A DNA stretch of 64,000 nucleotides. Origin: the human T2T-CHM13v2.0 reference genome, Homo sapiens. Position 1 is the first letter of the stretch. Each line of letters begins with the position of its first letter. The position numbers and the translations under genes are program-made. Below are positions 42,352 to 55,500 of the stretch, in pieces. The notes beneath the pieces are model-generated. The model was given only the letters and a program-made list of their open reading frames with translations, did not search any database and had not been told where the DNA came from. Location of the stretch: NCBI RefSeq assembly GCF_009914755.1, contig NC_060938.1. One strand, 5' to 3'.

Positions 42352-42499
42352 ATATCTTAAAAATCTCTTGCTGTATTGTACAGGTGACAAGATAAGAAAG
42401 ACTACCTTTTTATTAAGCCTATATCTTGTCAGAGTTAATGAATGAATTTAAGCAACGAGTGGTGAAGATGTAACTTTTTTAGAGACAAGATGGTAAAGA

Positions 42500-42835
42500 A
42501 TCAGTCTCAACACTTATTTACAAATGATAAATCAACTTACTTAAGCCAAACAAGGTAACATACTGGCTCATGTAAGTGAAAAGTACAAGTTGTAGCTACA
42601 GATACAGCTAGATCCAGGGGTTCAAGCAATCTGATATAGAGTCAGACTTATTTTTTCTAACACTAGGCCCTCTTGTTTACTGACTTCATTTCCAGAGGCT
42701 CTTTCCTCCTGGTGACATGATGGCTACCTGCTGCTTAGCAAGAATATCCTATTTTCTGAGGAACCCCAGAGGAAGGATAGCTTCTTTTTTGCAAAATTTC
42801 CCCCAACGGGCCTATAGTTGATATCCATTGGCCTA
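42500..42835 (-). mobile_element. Old MLT1K-like LTR fragment
   Basis: actggctcatgtaagtgaaaagtac...gctagatccaggggttcaagc. Confidence 0.5.
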
Positions 42836-43159
42836 GGGAAATTTGAGAAGCAAAGAAACAAAACCAGTAAAAGATGTGTGAAATTAATGAGTAGATTACT
42901 ATTAGGGGCAACCAGGGCTCAATCCCAATGGGGCCCTCTGACTCTGTAGGACTAGTGTTTATTTAATCTGTTGCCTGGAAAATATATACCTGTTGAATGA
43001 ATAAGTTAGTGAAGGATTGAATAAATCAATGAATCAATGAGTCAACCAATCAATCGTTGAACTCATCAAATCGTGAATAAGTCAGTCAATGTGTGAGCCC
43101 TGACTTAAGTGTAGGAATTTATGTACAACCATAATTTTCACACGTGTTTGGTTTATTCA

Positions 43160-43483
<324 letters not shown>

Positions 43484-43839
43484 TCAATTGCCCTTTAACA
43501 ACCCTGAGTTCACAGAACAAACTGCAACCTGACTGTTATCCATGATGAACAAGGAAATGTCATTAATTGGTAAAATAGGCTACATTAAGGACTCCTGAGC
43601 TTATTATCAGACACGGTAACTTCCCTGGTATTCCCGCAGGCGACAAAATTCTCTTTTACTCTCCACTGACTGAAATCATTTATAAATAGATAATATCCTG
43701 ATGACAAGAGACATCAAAGCATAGGAAAACGAAATATTCTACTCTTTTTGGCACTATACACTAGAGGTAATGGACATATGATGAAAATAAAACTAATTTA
43801 ATTCCTTGGCTTAAATCAAAACGTAAGAGATCACCTATC

Positions 43840-44267
<428 letters not shown>

Positions 44268-44302
44268 CTATTTAAAGTGCAGTCAGTCGATGATTATATA
44301 TT

Positions 44303-44469
44303 TCAGGGATTTTTCAACCCTCCTTGTACATCAGAAGCAGGGGAAATGCCTTTTAAAAATTCCTATATCTACATGAAAACTTCAGATAATCATATTTACT
44401 TGGTCTGGGGTAAAGCATTGGTGTTTTTAAAAAGTCATTTTAATGTTTAGCCAGTGCTAATATTCACTA
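44303..44469. mobile_element. MER5-family MITE
   Basis: cagggatttttcaaccc...ggtctggggtaaagcattggtgttttt...ttttaatgtttagccag. Confidence 0.5.
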
Positions 44470-45925
44470 AGAAAGCTGGTGACAAGGATGAAAAAAACAG
44501 TCCTTTTCAAAGATTTACTCAAAAGAATCAAATAATCAATCACACTTTACTATGTCCTGCTTGTGTATTCACACAGGGAATACAATTTCTAAACTTAATG
44601 TATTTTCTAACAGAGATCCAGCAGAAGGAGGCATCTATAAAATGTCTGATGATTAAGAATAATGCAAACACTTTTCACCGAGGCCGATAACAAAATGAGT
44701 GCAATTTCCAAATTCTCCTAGCCACACTTATTTCTTGCACTTTATTATGACACTGACATTTAGCCAGAATATTCCATCTAAACACTGGAGCTGACTTTAA
44801 TTGTTTTTGAGTTATCAAAGTTTGTTGATCCTATTATGACATTTATCTTTGCACTTCAGTTAAATGTACAATTGCATATTAATTCATATGGTATCTGACT
44901 ACCTATTAACAATATGGAAGGTTTAATTTAATGTTAGCTTGTTCAAGAGCCTGGAGATGCTCAGGTGAGAATGCATATGATTCTAATCTCTTTTCATAAG
45001 CCACAGTTGAATTAGTATCTCGCATTAGTGTATTGTCTTTTCACAGTTTATCCTTTTTCAATCAGTTTGCCGTTTCACCTTGTTAGTTCTGACAGAGGCA
45101 AAGTAGAAATGCCGAAAGCTGTTGAATAAATGTAGCATTGAGTCATATATATCTCAACTACAGACAACAAAATTCAATTCGTTTTCGTGGGTAATGTTGC
45201 TGTTCATTTTGTAGGCCTTAATTAGAACCCATGTTGTTTTTTATCCGCAAAGTTTCAGGATAAAGTAAATGCTCATTTTTAAAAAGAGAAGGGGAAATGT
45301 TCTTGCATTTAATCACACTAAACAAGCTCTTTAGACAATTTGTTCAGAAATTTCCCTAATTAAAGCTTGCCCTCCAGGTAATGTGGTGATCAGATCAACC
45401 AGCGGATATAAATTAGGGACATTATGCAATTAGCACTAAGACCACAAATGGGAGTAACAGCTGGGTGGCTATGAGGGACGCAAACAAACAGCTCCTAGGT
45501 GGCTCCTTAATATTAAGGAGTAGGTCTCCTGTTCGAATGTGCTGTGGTGACTGCTTCCTTAGCTCAATGAAAGAGGTATTTTTCTCTGAGTTTATGTCAG
45601 AAGATTAAAGTTGAATATTTTTAAAAATTTGTTGCAGATAAGAACATTTAGCTTTAATTCAGAAATGGATCTTGGTTTCTATTCATTCATAGCTTTCTGA
45701 AAGTTTTGAAACTAACTTTACCCTGTTACAAAAAAAGTCAAGAGATCAAGCAAAGGATATTTGGATATTAACATAACATTTCCTTGGGATAATTAAAAGG
45801 CTGAGAGACACATGGGTGTTTTTAATTGAAGTCAAGAGCAATAAGGCTGTATGATCCACTATCTGAATCCAAGTTTGAAAATTAGCTCATATAAAAACAT
45901 ATTCAGAATTTTTTTAAAGTGTCTC

Positions 45926-46216
45926 TTTTTCTGAGACAGAGTCTTGCTCTGTCGTCCAAGCTGGGGTGCAGCGGTGTGATCTCGGCTCACTGCAACCTCC
46001 ATCTCCTGGGTTTAAGCGATAATCCTGTCTCCCTTGTAGCTGGGATTACAGGTACCTGCTACCATACCCGGCTAATATTTTTGTGTGTGTATTTTTAGTA
46101 GAGATGGAGTTTCACCATGTTGGCCAGGTTGGTCTCGAACTCCTGACGTCAGGTGATCTGCCCGTCTAGGCCTCCCAAAGTGCTGGGATTACTGGAATTT
46201 TAGGGCACACTTGGCC
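45926..46216 (-). mobile_element. AluSx-like, short tail
   Basis: Reverse Alu; near-TSD taaagtgtct / taaaagtgtct. Confidence 0.94.
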
Positions 46217-47125
46217 CTAAAAGTGTCTATTTTATAGGATTTCCCAACATGCTCAGTTGTATCCATTCCTCCTCGCCCACAGCACACCAACCCCATCATT
46301 TTCTACCTTATTAACTCAGCTTTCTAAAAAAAAAAAAAAAACTTCCTGAGCTCGATAATGGTTGTGATTTCATACCTCTCTTCTCACCTCTAACCTCACT
46401 GCACGTATTCACTCTGTATCCTAAAGAGGCAAACCAAGTGGCCAGAGGCCTCTTTGAGGATACACAATTAGCAGGACGGGGTGTGAATGGTTTCCTAACA
46501 ATATCTTGGTGTCTTGTTGAGGATGTCAGATTTGAGAAAGAAAATAGAAATGGGGCCAAAGTGTCATTCCTCATGTTGCCAAAGTGGAACGTTCTTTCCA
46601 GGAAATAAGATGTGAGCACCATATGTAAGGAATCCATTGAAACCTACCAGGCTTAAAGAAACTAAAGGGCCATTTGAAAAAATGAATGCTCAGTTTTAAT
46701 CTTTCTGAAAAGCAGAAAGTAGCTAATTTGCAGCCATTTTTATTTATTAGATACTTCTTTTGAGTAACATTTCCACCTCCAATAGCATTTAAATCTCAAC
46801 AGGGGACAGCCATCTGAGCCGTTTCTAATTTCATCTAATTTGACAAGCTTCATTTCAACATGAAGTTATCCTCTCTTGCCTGCGCTTATGGAACACCCAT
46901 TTATATGAGCTGGAGCTCCAGCCAATTGGCCTAGGTGAGATCAGCTCTTAAGAGGAATTAAGATCTAACCACTTAAGCACAGTTAGCAAGTCAAAATATT
47001 CTTTAGAACCTCTGCCAGAGGAACTCACTCCAGATAGCAATACCCACTTTTGGGATTCCTGGTTCAGGACCCCTTCTAGCGTCATTTGCTATTTGTATGA
47101 AGTCAGTAGGGCAACAATATTAGGC

Positions 47126-47318
47126 CAGTCTTTTCTCAACAGCCATACTACTGACATTTTGGGTTAGGTGATCCTCTGTTGGGGTGACTGTCGTGTGTAC
47201 GGTACGATTTTAACAGCACCCCTGGCCAGTAGCACCCACCAGTTTGACAACTGAAATATCTCCAGACATAACTGGAGGTACTCTGGGAGGCAAAATTACT
47301 ACCAGGTGAGAATCACTG
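47126..47318 (+). mobile_element. MER20 MITE
   Basis: cagtcttttctcaac...actgacattttggg...ccagtagcaccc...ggtgagaatcactg. Confidence 0.8.
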
Positions 47319-49384
47319 CATTAGGCAAACTACGCATAACTTGCTGTGAACCAGAATACTTAAAATCTGAAGTTGCCCTGAGCCAGAGCACTTGAGCTGC
47401 AAACCTCAGCAGCCCTGGACTTAGCTCATAGCAAGACTTAAATCCTTTAATCAAGGATATGTGCTCACCTGAAAGACCTGCTGGTCAGTCACAAATGTAG
47501 AAAGAATTTCATTTTCATTGAGACCCGAAGTCCTATCATAACGGATTTTATTAAGTTGCAAGAGAGATTACTTAACCAGATTAAGCTTTGTTGTTTGCCA
47601 AAGCTAGTCTGCTTTCATCTAATATACGAAACTCTTTTTCACAAATCCAAGAAGGGCTACATTGAACACTGAAGTGGACATGACTTTGAGAAAATTAGAA
47701 AATGAATCAAAATATATTCAAAATTATTGCAAATCTTAAAATATTTATAGCATTCATTTTATATTACTTTCATTTAGTATTTTTGTGAATTTTAGACACT
47801 TTGTGATTGACCCTAGAGCAGTCCTGAAGCACCAGCATGAAAGAAAATTCATGAGCCCTGCCCCTCCCCATATGCTCAGCATGACGGTGGGTCACTACAG
47901 CCCTCTGGGCCTCTGTTTCCTCACTTATCAATGAGGAGATTGGAGTAGAGAAAGAATTCCCAAACATTGCACCTGGATGGCATAGCCTACTGGGGAGGGC
48001 AGAGACTCCATGCTTTGATTTAGCAATAGCAGCTTTCCTTTAATGGGATTCATCAATTGAGCTTCAGTTAACGATATTGTCACAGGTAGGCCCCTTTCAA
48101 GAGACACTGAGATGGAGATTGGGGCAAAAGGGTTTATCAGAAATCACCACCTGTGAAGAGAAGGTAATAGAAAGATTAAAGTGTGGGTGGTTTTATATTT
48201 GTTTTTGTTTGTATTCTTTACAGTTTTGCAGGTTTTTGCATGTGAAGAGGTTGTTTTCATTTTTTACTTGAATTTTGTTTTGTTTGCAATGAAATCTTTC
48301 CTATGCTTCATCCAGTTGTTTCACTCAAATCAAGATTGAAAGGAGCCTGATGAAAGGAGTTACAAGGTTTAGGAAGACAAACTGATTAATACAATACTTT
48401 CTTGGCCCTCCCAAACAATCTTAAAACTCCAGATGTTTCTCTATTAGCTTTCTCCACATAAGCCCAAAGTTAGACCCCAGTATCTCCAATATTTCAGTAT
48501 AGAGGATATAAAAGTATTCATACACAAGGCACTCATAATGACTAAAAACAGAATTCAACCCTGAAACGTGTGAAGGGTGAAGACAGAAAAATTGTAAATC
48601 ACAGTTTGGAGAGTGGCAGCCAATTCCTCGTTCTCTAACACTGTCTACAAAACCAGTAGGATTAAAAGCTTGCAGTTCTTTTTTAGACAGCTTCTTGTCA
48701 GGCAATAGCACCCACAGAGTAGCTAGCCTTTAAAGGGATTTCCCGTCGCTTACTAATTGAACACCGGACACAGGACAGCTTAGAGCAGAAATAAAGAGGT
48801 CGTGACGAAGTTAGGAGGAAAAGGCTGTGTGTGTTGGGAATATGATACGCTAGTTACAGTGAAATTCCACTAAAATGAAAACATTCAGATTACTATACAG
48901 ACCTCACACTAATAGGATTGAAATAGCAGTTTTATCCTCTTCCCTAACTGAATATACTTTAAACATTGCTGAAGGAAGTACGAAACAACACTAGGAAATA
49001 TATTTAAATCCATGCATTGATCAACTCAAAGGTTAAATATGTTAAGCACTTAACCAAAAGTGCATATTGGACTCTGGTTAATTCAAGGATTTTATTACAT
49101 CATTTCAGTTTTTTCTTTGGCATCCAAATCTGTTAACAATTGTGATTCTGTAAGAAAACTACTAGTGTCAAATTATTGGTTCCTGATGCCTACTTGAACA
49201 TCATAAAGGCATCTCAAACTCAGCATGACTAAAGTAACCCATCATCCTCTCAACCTGGTCCACTTCCATCTTGGAGAATTTATGCCATATTTACTTTACA
49301 GGTCACTGTCCCTCATGTGCTGGCCAATACTGGTCCCCTCATCATTCCTGAAGTTTACTGCAAAACATGTCATGTTTCACGTAC

Positions 49385-49570
49385 AGCAGGCTCTGGAGTC
49401 AGACTCTACCTGTGTTTAAATCCCCCACTACCCTCAAGAGCTATGTGCTCTCAGCAAAGTGAGTTGACTTCTCATTGCCTCAATTTCCCCATAGATAATA
49501 AAAGTACAGTGAGAGCTTCATATTTCATAGCAAGGATCCACCCCAAAGGAGATACATAAGTAAGAATCAC
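49385..49570 (+). mobile_element. MIR SINE
   Basis: ggctctggagtcagactctacctgtgtttaaatccc...gcctcaatttccccat. Confidence 0.7.
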
Positions 49571-50964
49571 TTTTTAAATTCTTTAAATCAACAACAAAAT
49601 ATTTGATGTTGTATATTTTCTGTGACATCAGTGTCGTCTCTCAAACAGATTCACAGCAGCCCCTTTGTCTTGAGTATTAGCATAGCCAATGTTCTTCTAT
49701 ATTACAGAATATATTATATATAATTATTAATAAATACACATATTGTTACAGAATGTATTATACTCCAGCCCTTAAATGCACAAGTTGGTTTGGATTTAAA
49801 GAGCCAGCTCAATAAAACAGTAACACTATGAACTATAAAATCAAGTCAAGAAGCAGGTACTTGCACTGTGGGATTCGTGGGGCAACGAAAGGTAGCACAA
49901 AGGCATGAATACACAGAGTCCTAGTCACATCGAACCCCCTGTATTTTCTCCATCTCAGTGCTCTCCTCAGCACTGTGTTAGTTGGCAAAGGTATTAGCCT
50001 GAGTAATGGAGCAAGGAACGCATTTTTGTAGTACTTACAATGGATGCTTTGCCTGTAGGTAACATGAGGAAGCAGGCTGGTCAGGTATTCAGTGGCAGGT
50101 TCAGCATTCCCTGTGTGCAGTTCATAGGGCAAGGAAGACTGTAGGTAGTGAACTTCCCTTGAACTGAGACCCAGTCCTGTTTTCATGTACAATACAGTAA
50201 AACAGTAGAACGGAGAATGTGGTGGGAAGGAATGCATATTTAAATATGCATATATTTAACTCATATGCATATTTGAATAAGTAAGAGTGGATGCATTATT
50301 TCTAACTTACTTGAATTTTCAGAAGACTGAATGAGATAACATTAATACCTCTAAAAAAGTAAACACTTAATAAATGTTAGCAATTTATTTTCTTTCTTAT
50401 TTATTACCTATTCATGGAAGCCCAAAATCTTTCACACAAGACCTTTCTCCTCCTTGATTTTTCATGAACCAGGATTAGTGGCAAGGGAGAGTCACTCAGT
50501 CAGGCCAGGTGAAGATAAAAAGAGCTTGATAGTCTAATTAGTTTGCTGTATCTTACTATTCTATCTCTGCCAAATGACAACACTTCTGAATATGTGTACT
50601 ACACAGTGAATATTGCTTTACTGGCATGGTGATAGGAGTCTTGTTTGTCCATATTCCTGTATAGCACTTAGTATTACCTGACACTTCATGCTCCAAGATT
50701 ATAGAAATGTTAGTGCACATTAAGGATGCTCATTTTTTTTTCCCCAGAGCTAGACACGTTGCTGAATCCAGAGGACCTTCAAACCTGGCTCACATTCTAT
50801 GGCAAACTATCCCTGCTAAAAAATTAACTGTTTAGGTAATGTGGCTTGATTACTGTTTTGGTCTTCTCTCCTATGAGGAATTCCTAATGAGGAATTTTCT
50901 CTCAGGTCCTTTACAGCCAATGGTCTTTGATCAGTACTATTGCAGTCCCCACAGGTACTGCTAT

Positions 50965-51485
50965 CTATTGCAGATTGTCAAGATAAATGCAGTAGTTCCT
51001 TCCTGTATATATGCCCTTTGTCACTCTTCTGTCAAGAGGTGGAATCTACTTCTCCATCCTTAGAATTTGCAAGCCCTGTGGCTTGCTTTGGCCAACTGAA
51101 TATTGTGGAAGCAATGCTTGGTGCCTTCTGAACAAGGCCTCAGGAGGCCTTATATATTCTATTTTGAGACACTTACTGTTTGTTTCTACTACATGAAGAA
51201 GCCTGAGCTTGCAACCTTGATGATGAAATAACATGTGGAGAGAAAGGCCCAACTGACAGCCCTAAACTCAAACACATGTATAAGGCTATACGGACCATCC
51301 AGTCAAAGTCATGTCAACAGCTGACTACAGCCACATGAGTGATCCCAAGTGAAACCAACAAGTAGAACCATCCAGCTGATCCCAGCTCAGATTTCTAAGA
51401 GAATTAGGAGCAATTAAAATGGTGGTGGTTTTATGCTGCTAAGTTTTTGGGTGCCTTTGTTGCACAACAATAGATGGCTTATAAA
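50965..51485 (+). mobile_element. MLT1H/G-like MaLR LTR
   Basis: tcaagaggtggaatctacttctccatcc...cagctgactacagccacatgagtgatccc...gctaagtttttggg. Confidence 0.75.
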
Positions 51486-52238
51486 CGAGCTTGGAATCCT
51501 GGGAAGAAAATGCTGAAATTTCTATTCCTTTCATTCAAGAAACCCACCTGGGCTTCTTGTACAAATTAGTTTCCCCTCTTCAAGAGTTCTCCAGGAGGAA
51601 TAGCATTCTTACGTCAAATCACACGTATTCTTTTACACTCTTCCTCATGGAAAGTATTATACTCTGGAGCCATCTATCCGTGTCTATTTATCTATTTATC
51701 AACTTTAAAAGGACTACACATGTGCCCATTTTTTCTTATGAGACTATCTCCAACTGTGAAGATACAAGTGATGAGCTTAATTATTAAATTATTTTTAAAA
51801 CTACTTTTTACTATCAACAATACATCATATAGCTGCATCATAATTTATTACATTATTTTCCTATTATTGGATATTTATTACAACTAAAATTCTATTAAGA
51901 GTATATTTTTATATACATATTTGTTCACATTCCCAGCCTTTTCTTCAATACAGAATCCTAGAAATACCATTACTAAGGAGTATAAATCTCTTTTTAAGAT
52001 TTTAGTGACAGCTAAAGTTGCTTTCTACATAGGCTCATAGAATGCATATCCCTTTCTAAGGTAGGTCAAAATAGCTATCTCATCATTTCCTTGCCATTAT
52101 GGACTATTAACTTTGTAAAAAACTGTTGAATGTTTGATAATAAAAAGATAGTATTTTGATTGCTACTACCACTTCTTTCCGTTTAGCAATGTTTTTATAA
52201 TATTTTCTTTTTGGATAATTTTCTTTCTTCTACTCTTT

Positions 52239-52546
52239 TTTTTTCTCTCTTTTTTGAGATGTGATCTTGCTCTGTTGCCCAGGCTGGAATGCAATTGTGC
52301 TGTGCAATCATAGCTCACTGCAGCCTCAAACTCTTAGGCTTAAGAGATCTTTCTGCGTCAAGCTCCTGAGTAGCTAGGACTACAGGTACCAGACAAAACA
52401 GCTGGCTAATTTTTTAAAAATATTTTTGTAGAGATGAGGTCTCTTGATATTGCACTGTCTTGTCTTAATCTTTTGGATTCAAGTGATCCTCCTGCCTTGG
52501 CCTCTCAAAGTGCTGGGATTACAGGTGTGAGCCATCACGCCCAACC
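52239..52546 (-). mobile_element. AluJ
   Basis: atcatagctcactgcagcctcaaactc is AluJ-type; TSD ttcttctactcttt at 52225-52238 and 52551-52564. Confidence 0.94.
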
Positions 52547-55500
52547 AATCTTCTTCTACTCTTTATCTATTTGTGGATTAACTTGGAAAGTACTCATTTT
52601 CACACTACTTTGTTAGAATGTTTGATATTTTAATAATAGTTCCATGAAATTTTTCTTCATATTTTTATATGTGAAAAATAATATTTAATATTCACAAGAA
52701 AAAATGTTGCAGAAAAAGTATTTATTCCATTGAAGAGCCCATATACTCCTCATTTTATCACACCTTCTCTCTTTCACCAAATAAGTATATAAAGGTGTTT
52801 TACAGGGTTGAATACAATTTAAATTTTCTTACGGAAATAAATCTTTACTTACCCAGTTGTAAGCTACTTTGTAATAATAAAAGACTATGAGCCTGGATTT
52901 CCAAAAGAAAAAAGAAATACTTATGAGAAGCAAATTACATAAGAGACATTAATCTCAAAGCTTATTAGGCAGTTAAATTTCTTCTAAGTAAAGATGTTTC
53001 TAAGCCTTTAAAAAAAATCTAAAGTAATATTTCACAAGCAACTGCTAATGGTATCTGTTGGTGTTAGTAGAATTGATAAAATTATGTTTGGGGGTATAAC
53101 TTCATTGGACTCTTTGAAAAGAGATTTTAAGCAGCAAGGTCTCTATACCACCAACAAAAGCGGTAGGGGTGCTTGCTATATGAGTCATCTTACATACAAA
53201 CATTTTTATTCCCAAGCTTCCTTCTGGAATTCAGATCATAATTTCCACAAGAAAAAAGGAAATATGGTGTTTCTGACCCAGAAAATCCTTGGAATCAGAA
53301 GTTGGGGGATGAGAATGGGTAGGAAGTGGTCCATTTGTGTCTGCAATTCTCTTTTCCTTTCCTAGACCAAACTATCCACCCTCCAACTTTGCATTCCATC
53401 TATGCGGATGTCTAAATTGATATTAAATACTCATCTTCAACTTAAAACTAACAACTATTTTTTCTGGAACCAGTCTTCTTTCTCTTTCGGAGGAAAAAAA
53501 AAAGTGACTTCAAGAGGGTGGAAGGTAGTATACAATTTTTGGTGAATGACCTTCTTGCTTCTCGGAATTTGCATTGCCACGGAAACTACAACCACAATCC
53601 TTTCAAAGAGTTCTGGCTTAAGCACAGTCAAAATCAGAGGGTTGCAAGGCCCTATGGAATAACCAGCACTTTTGCACCCTTTCTCTTAGCCTGGGTAAAG
53701 TTTGAATCCTGGAACTGGGCTTTGTGGAATAGCACAGTGGACATTTTCAGGCCTGCTGTGTTGCCTCTTGTACTACGGAGAGGAGAGTTTCATTGAATTT
53801 TTTGAGATATGACTTTGTACCTGTACAAATGCCCCACATGTTAGTTACTCAATTTTAAATAGAAGTTTTATCCTTTTAAGAAGATCTCTTTCTCCTGTAT
53901 AAATTTGTCACTTGTATTGAAATTATAGATTCACAAGATTCATTAATTTTGAAATTGTTCTGCACGTGTATCCTGATTCCCATGGATGATTTTCATCCTC
54001 TGCATTTACTTCATCGAAAAACAAACAGCTTGGAAATTACACATGTGTTTCAAGAAAAGCCCTGATTTTGCTGCTTCATGGCTAGGACCATTCAGGATAT
54101 GAAATAGGAGGCATGAAAACAGCTAGAGTTTAAGATAAGTAAATGTAGAACTAATAACAACAAAAATGCAGCCACTATCCTCAAATAAGCATAGGCTGAG
54201 ATGTATTCCAGAGAATACCTATAAAATAATTGTTTAAGTTAAATCCAAAGAAATTCACTTGCTGAATTGGAATGCTGAATTAAAGACATCCTAAAAGAGA
54301 AAATTTAAGGTTCTAAGACTTTCCTTGCTCTTTTTATCAATATTGCTTAAAATGCTACAAGTCTCGTTTTCATTACATTAGATTTCCCAGCACTGAAAGG
54401 AAATCAGTTGCCTGTTCAAAACCAAAAAATATATATAAATTGACTATTTCATACAGATAAGAGTAATTTAAGCCTAAGACCTAACGTATGGTACTTGTTT
54501 TATTTCAATTGTCTTCTTTCCTGGCTAACATTAGAAAATATTAATATATTGGTAATATTTGACTTTTTGGAATATATTCTGCAAAGCAATTGTAATTTCC
54601 CCACATATTTTTGTATACATCAACTAATGGACATGCCGATCCCTATATAAGATGAAAATAGCTCTCTAACTATATAAGTAAATTAATAATGATCAAATTC
54701 ACCCCTGTTTAATCATGCAATTATCAAGTCGCTAAGAAAGGCTGAAGAGTTAAGTAAGATAATAAAGGTATCCCCATCCTCTTGGGAAGCTCCAGGAAAG
54801 CTATCATGTGCTAGCGTGTTGTATTGAGCTGAGAAAGCAGCCTCAGAATAACACAGAATGAAAACCATCTCTTCTTACAGTTCACCAAGTCGAGGTGCAA
54901 ATTATGGTCACACATTTCTAATATTCCTATGATATGATTTTGAATTATCTACTGGCCCTTTTCACACATTGGATTCCACTTGCCTAATCTCTGTGATGCA
55001 TACCAAAAACTCCAGGAAGCTTAATCAGCCAAAAGGTCAGTCCTGGTCACTATAAATTCACAGGGAATCAATCAGAAAACTTGTTCTGACTGCCTGAAGA
55101 CCATCTGCTACTATGCTGGCTTCGGCTGGCTCAGCTTGCTGTTGAAATAGGAAGTTCCATTAACTCATGTAATAGTTGTTGAAGTGTTGCTCCGTCTACC
55201 TGGTGTGCATATGTGCATGTGCACATGTGTGTGTACATAAGTGTGCATGCATTTGTCTGTGTATGTAGAAAACTGTAAAAGTTTTAATTTGTGACTTGAC
55301 AAGTATTAAAGAATGAGGGAGAGAAGGGGTCAGATTGTGGGTGACTTTGTTACAGGCAAAAGAGAGTTTCAAGTAGAGGGATGAAAATCAAATTGCACTT
55401 ATGTAGCTTGCTTTGTTGCAATGTGAAAGAGGGATTAATAGGAGAAATGCTGAAAATACAGGTATGAGTAGGAGACTTTTCAAACACAAGGGCCTGAACC

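Noticed and set aside
42995-43092. Degenerate (TGAA/TCAA)n tract containing TGAGTCA
   Set aside because: Looks like a decayed L2 tail microsatellite; the motif is incidental.
49833-50237. 134-aa - strand ORF in unique DNA
   Set aside because: No recognisable domain, codon bias or splice context; length is within chance range for a six-frame scan.
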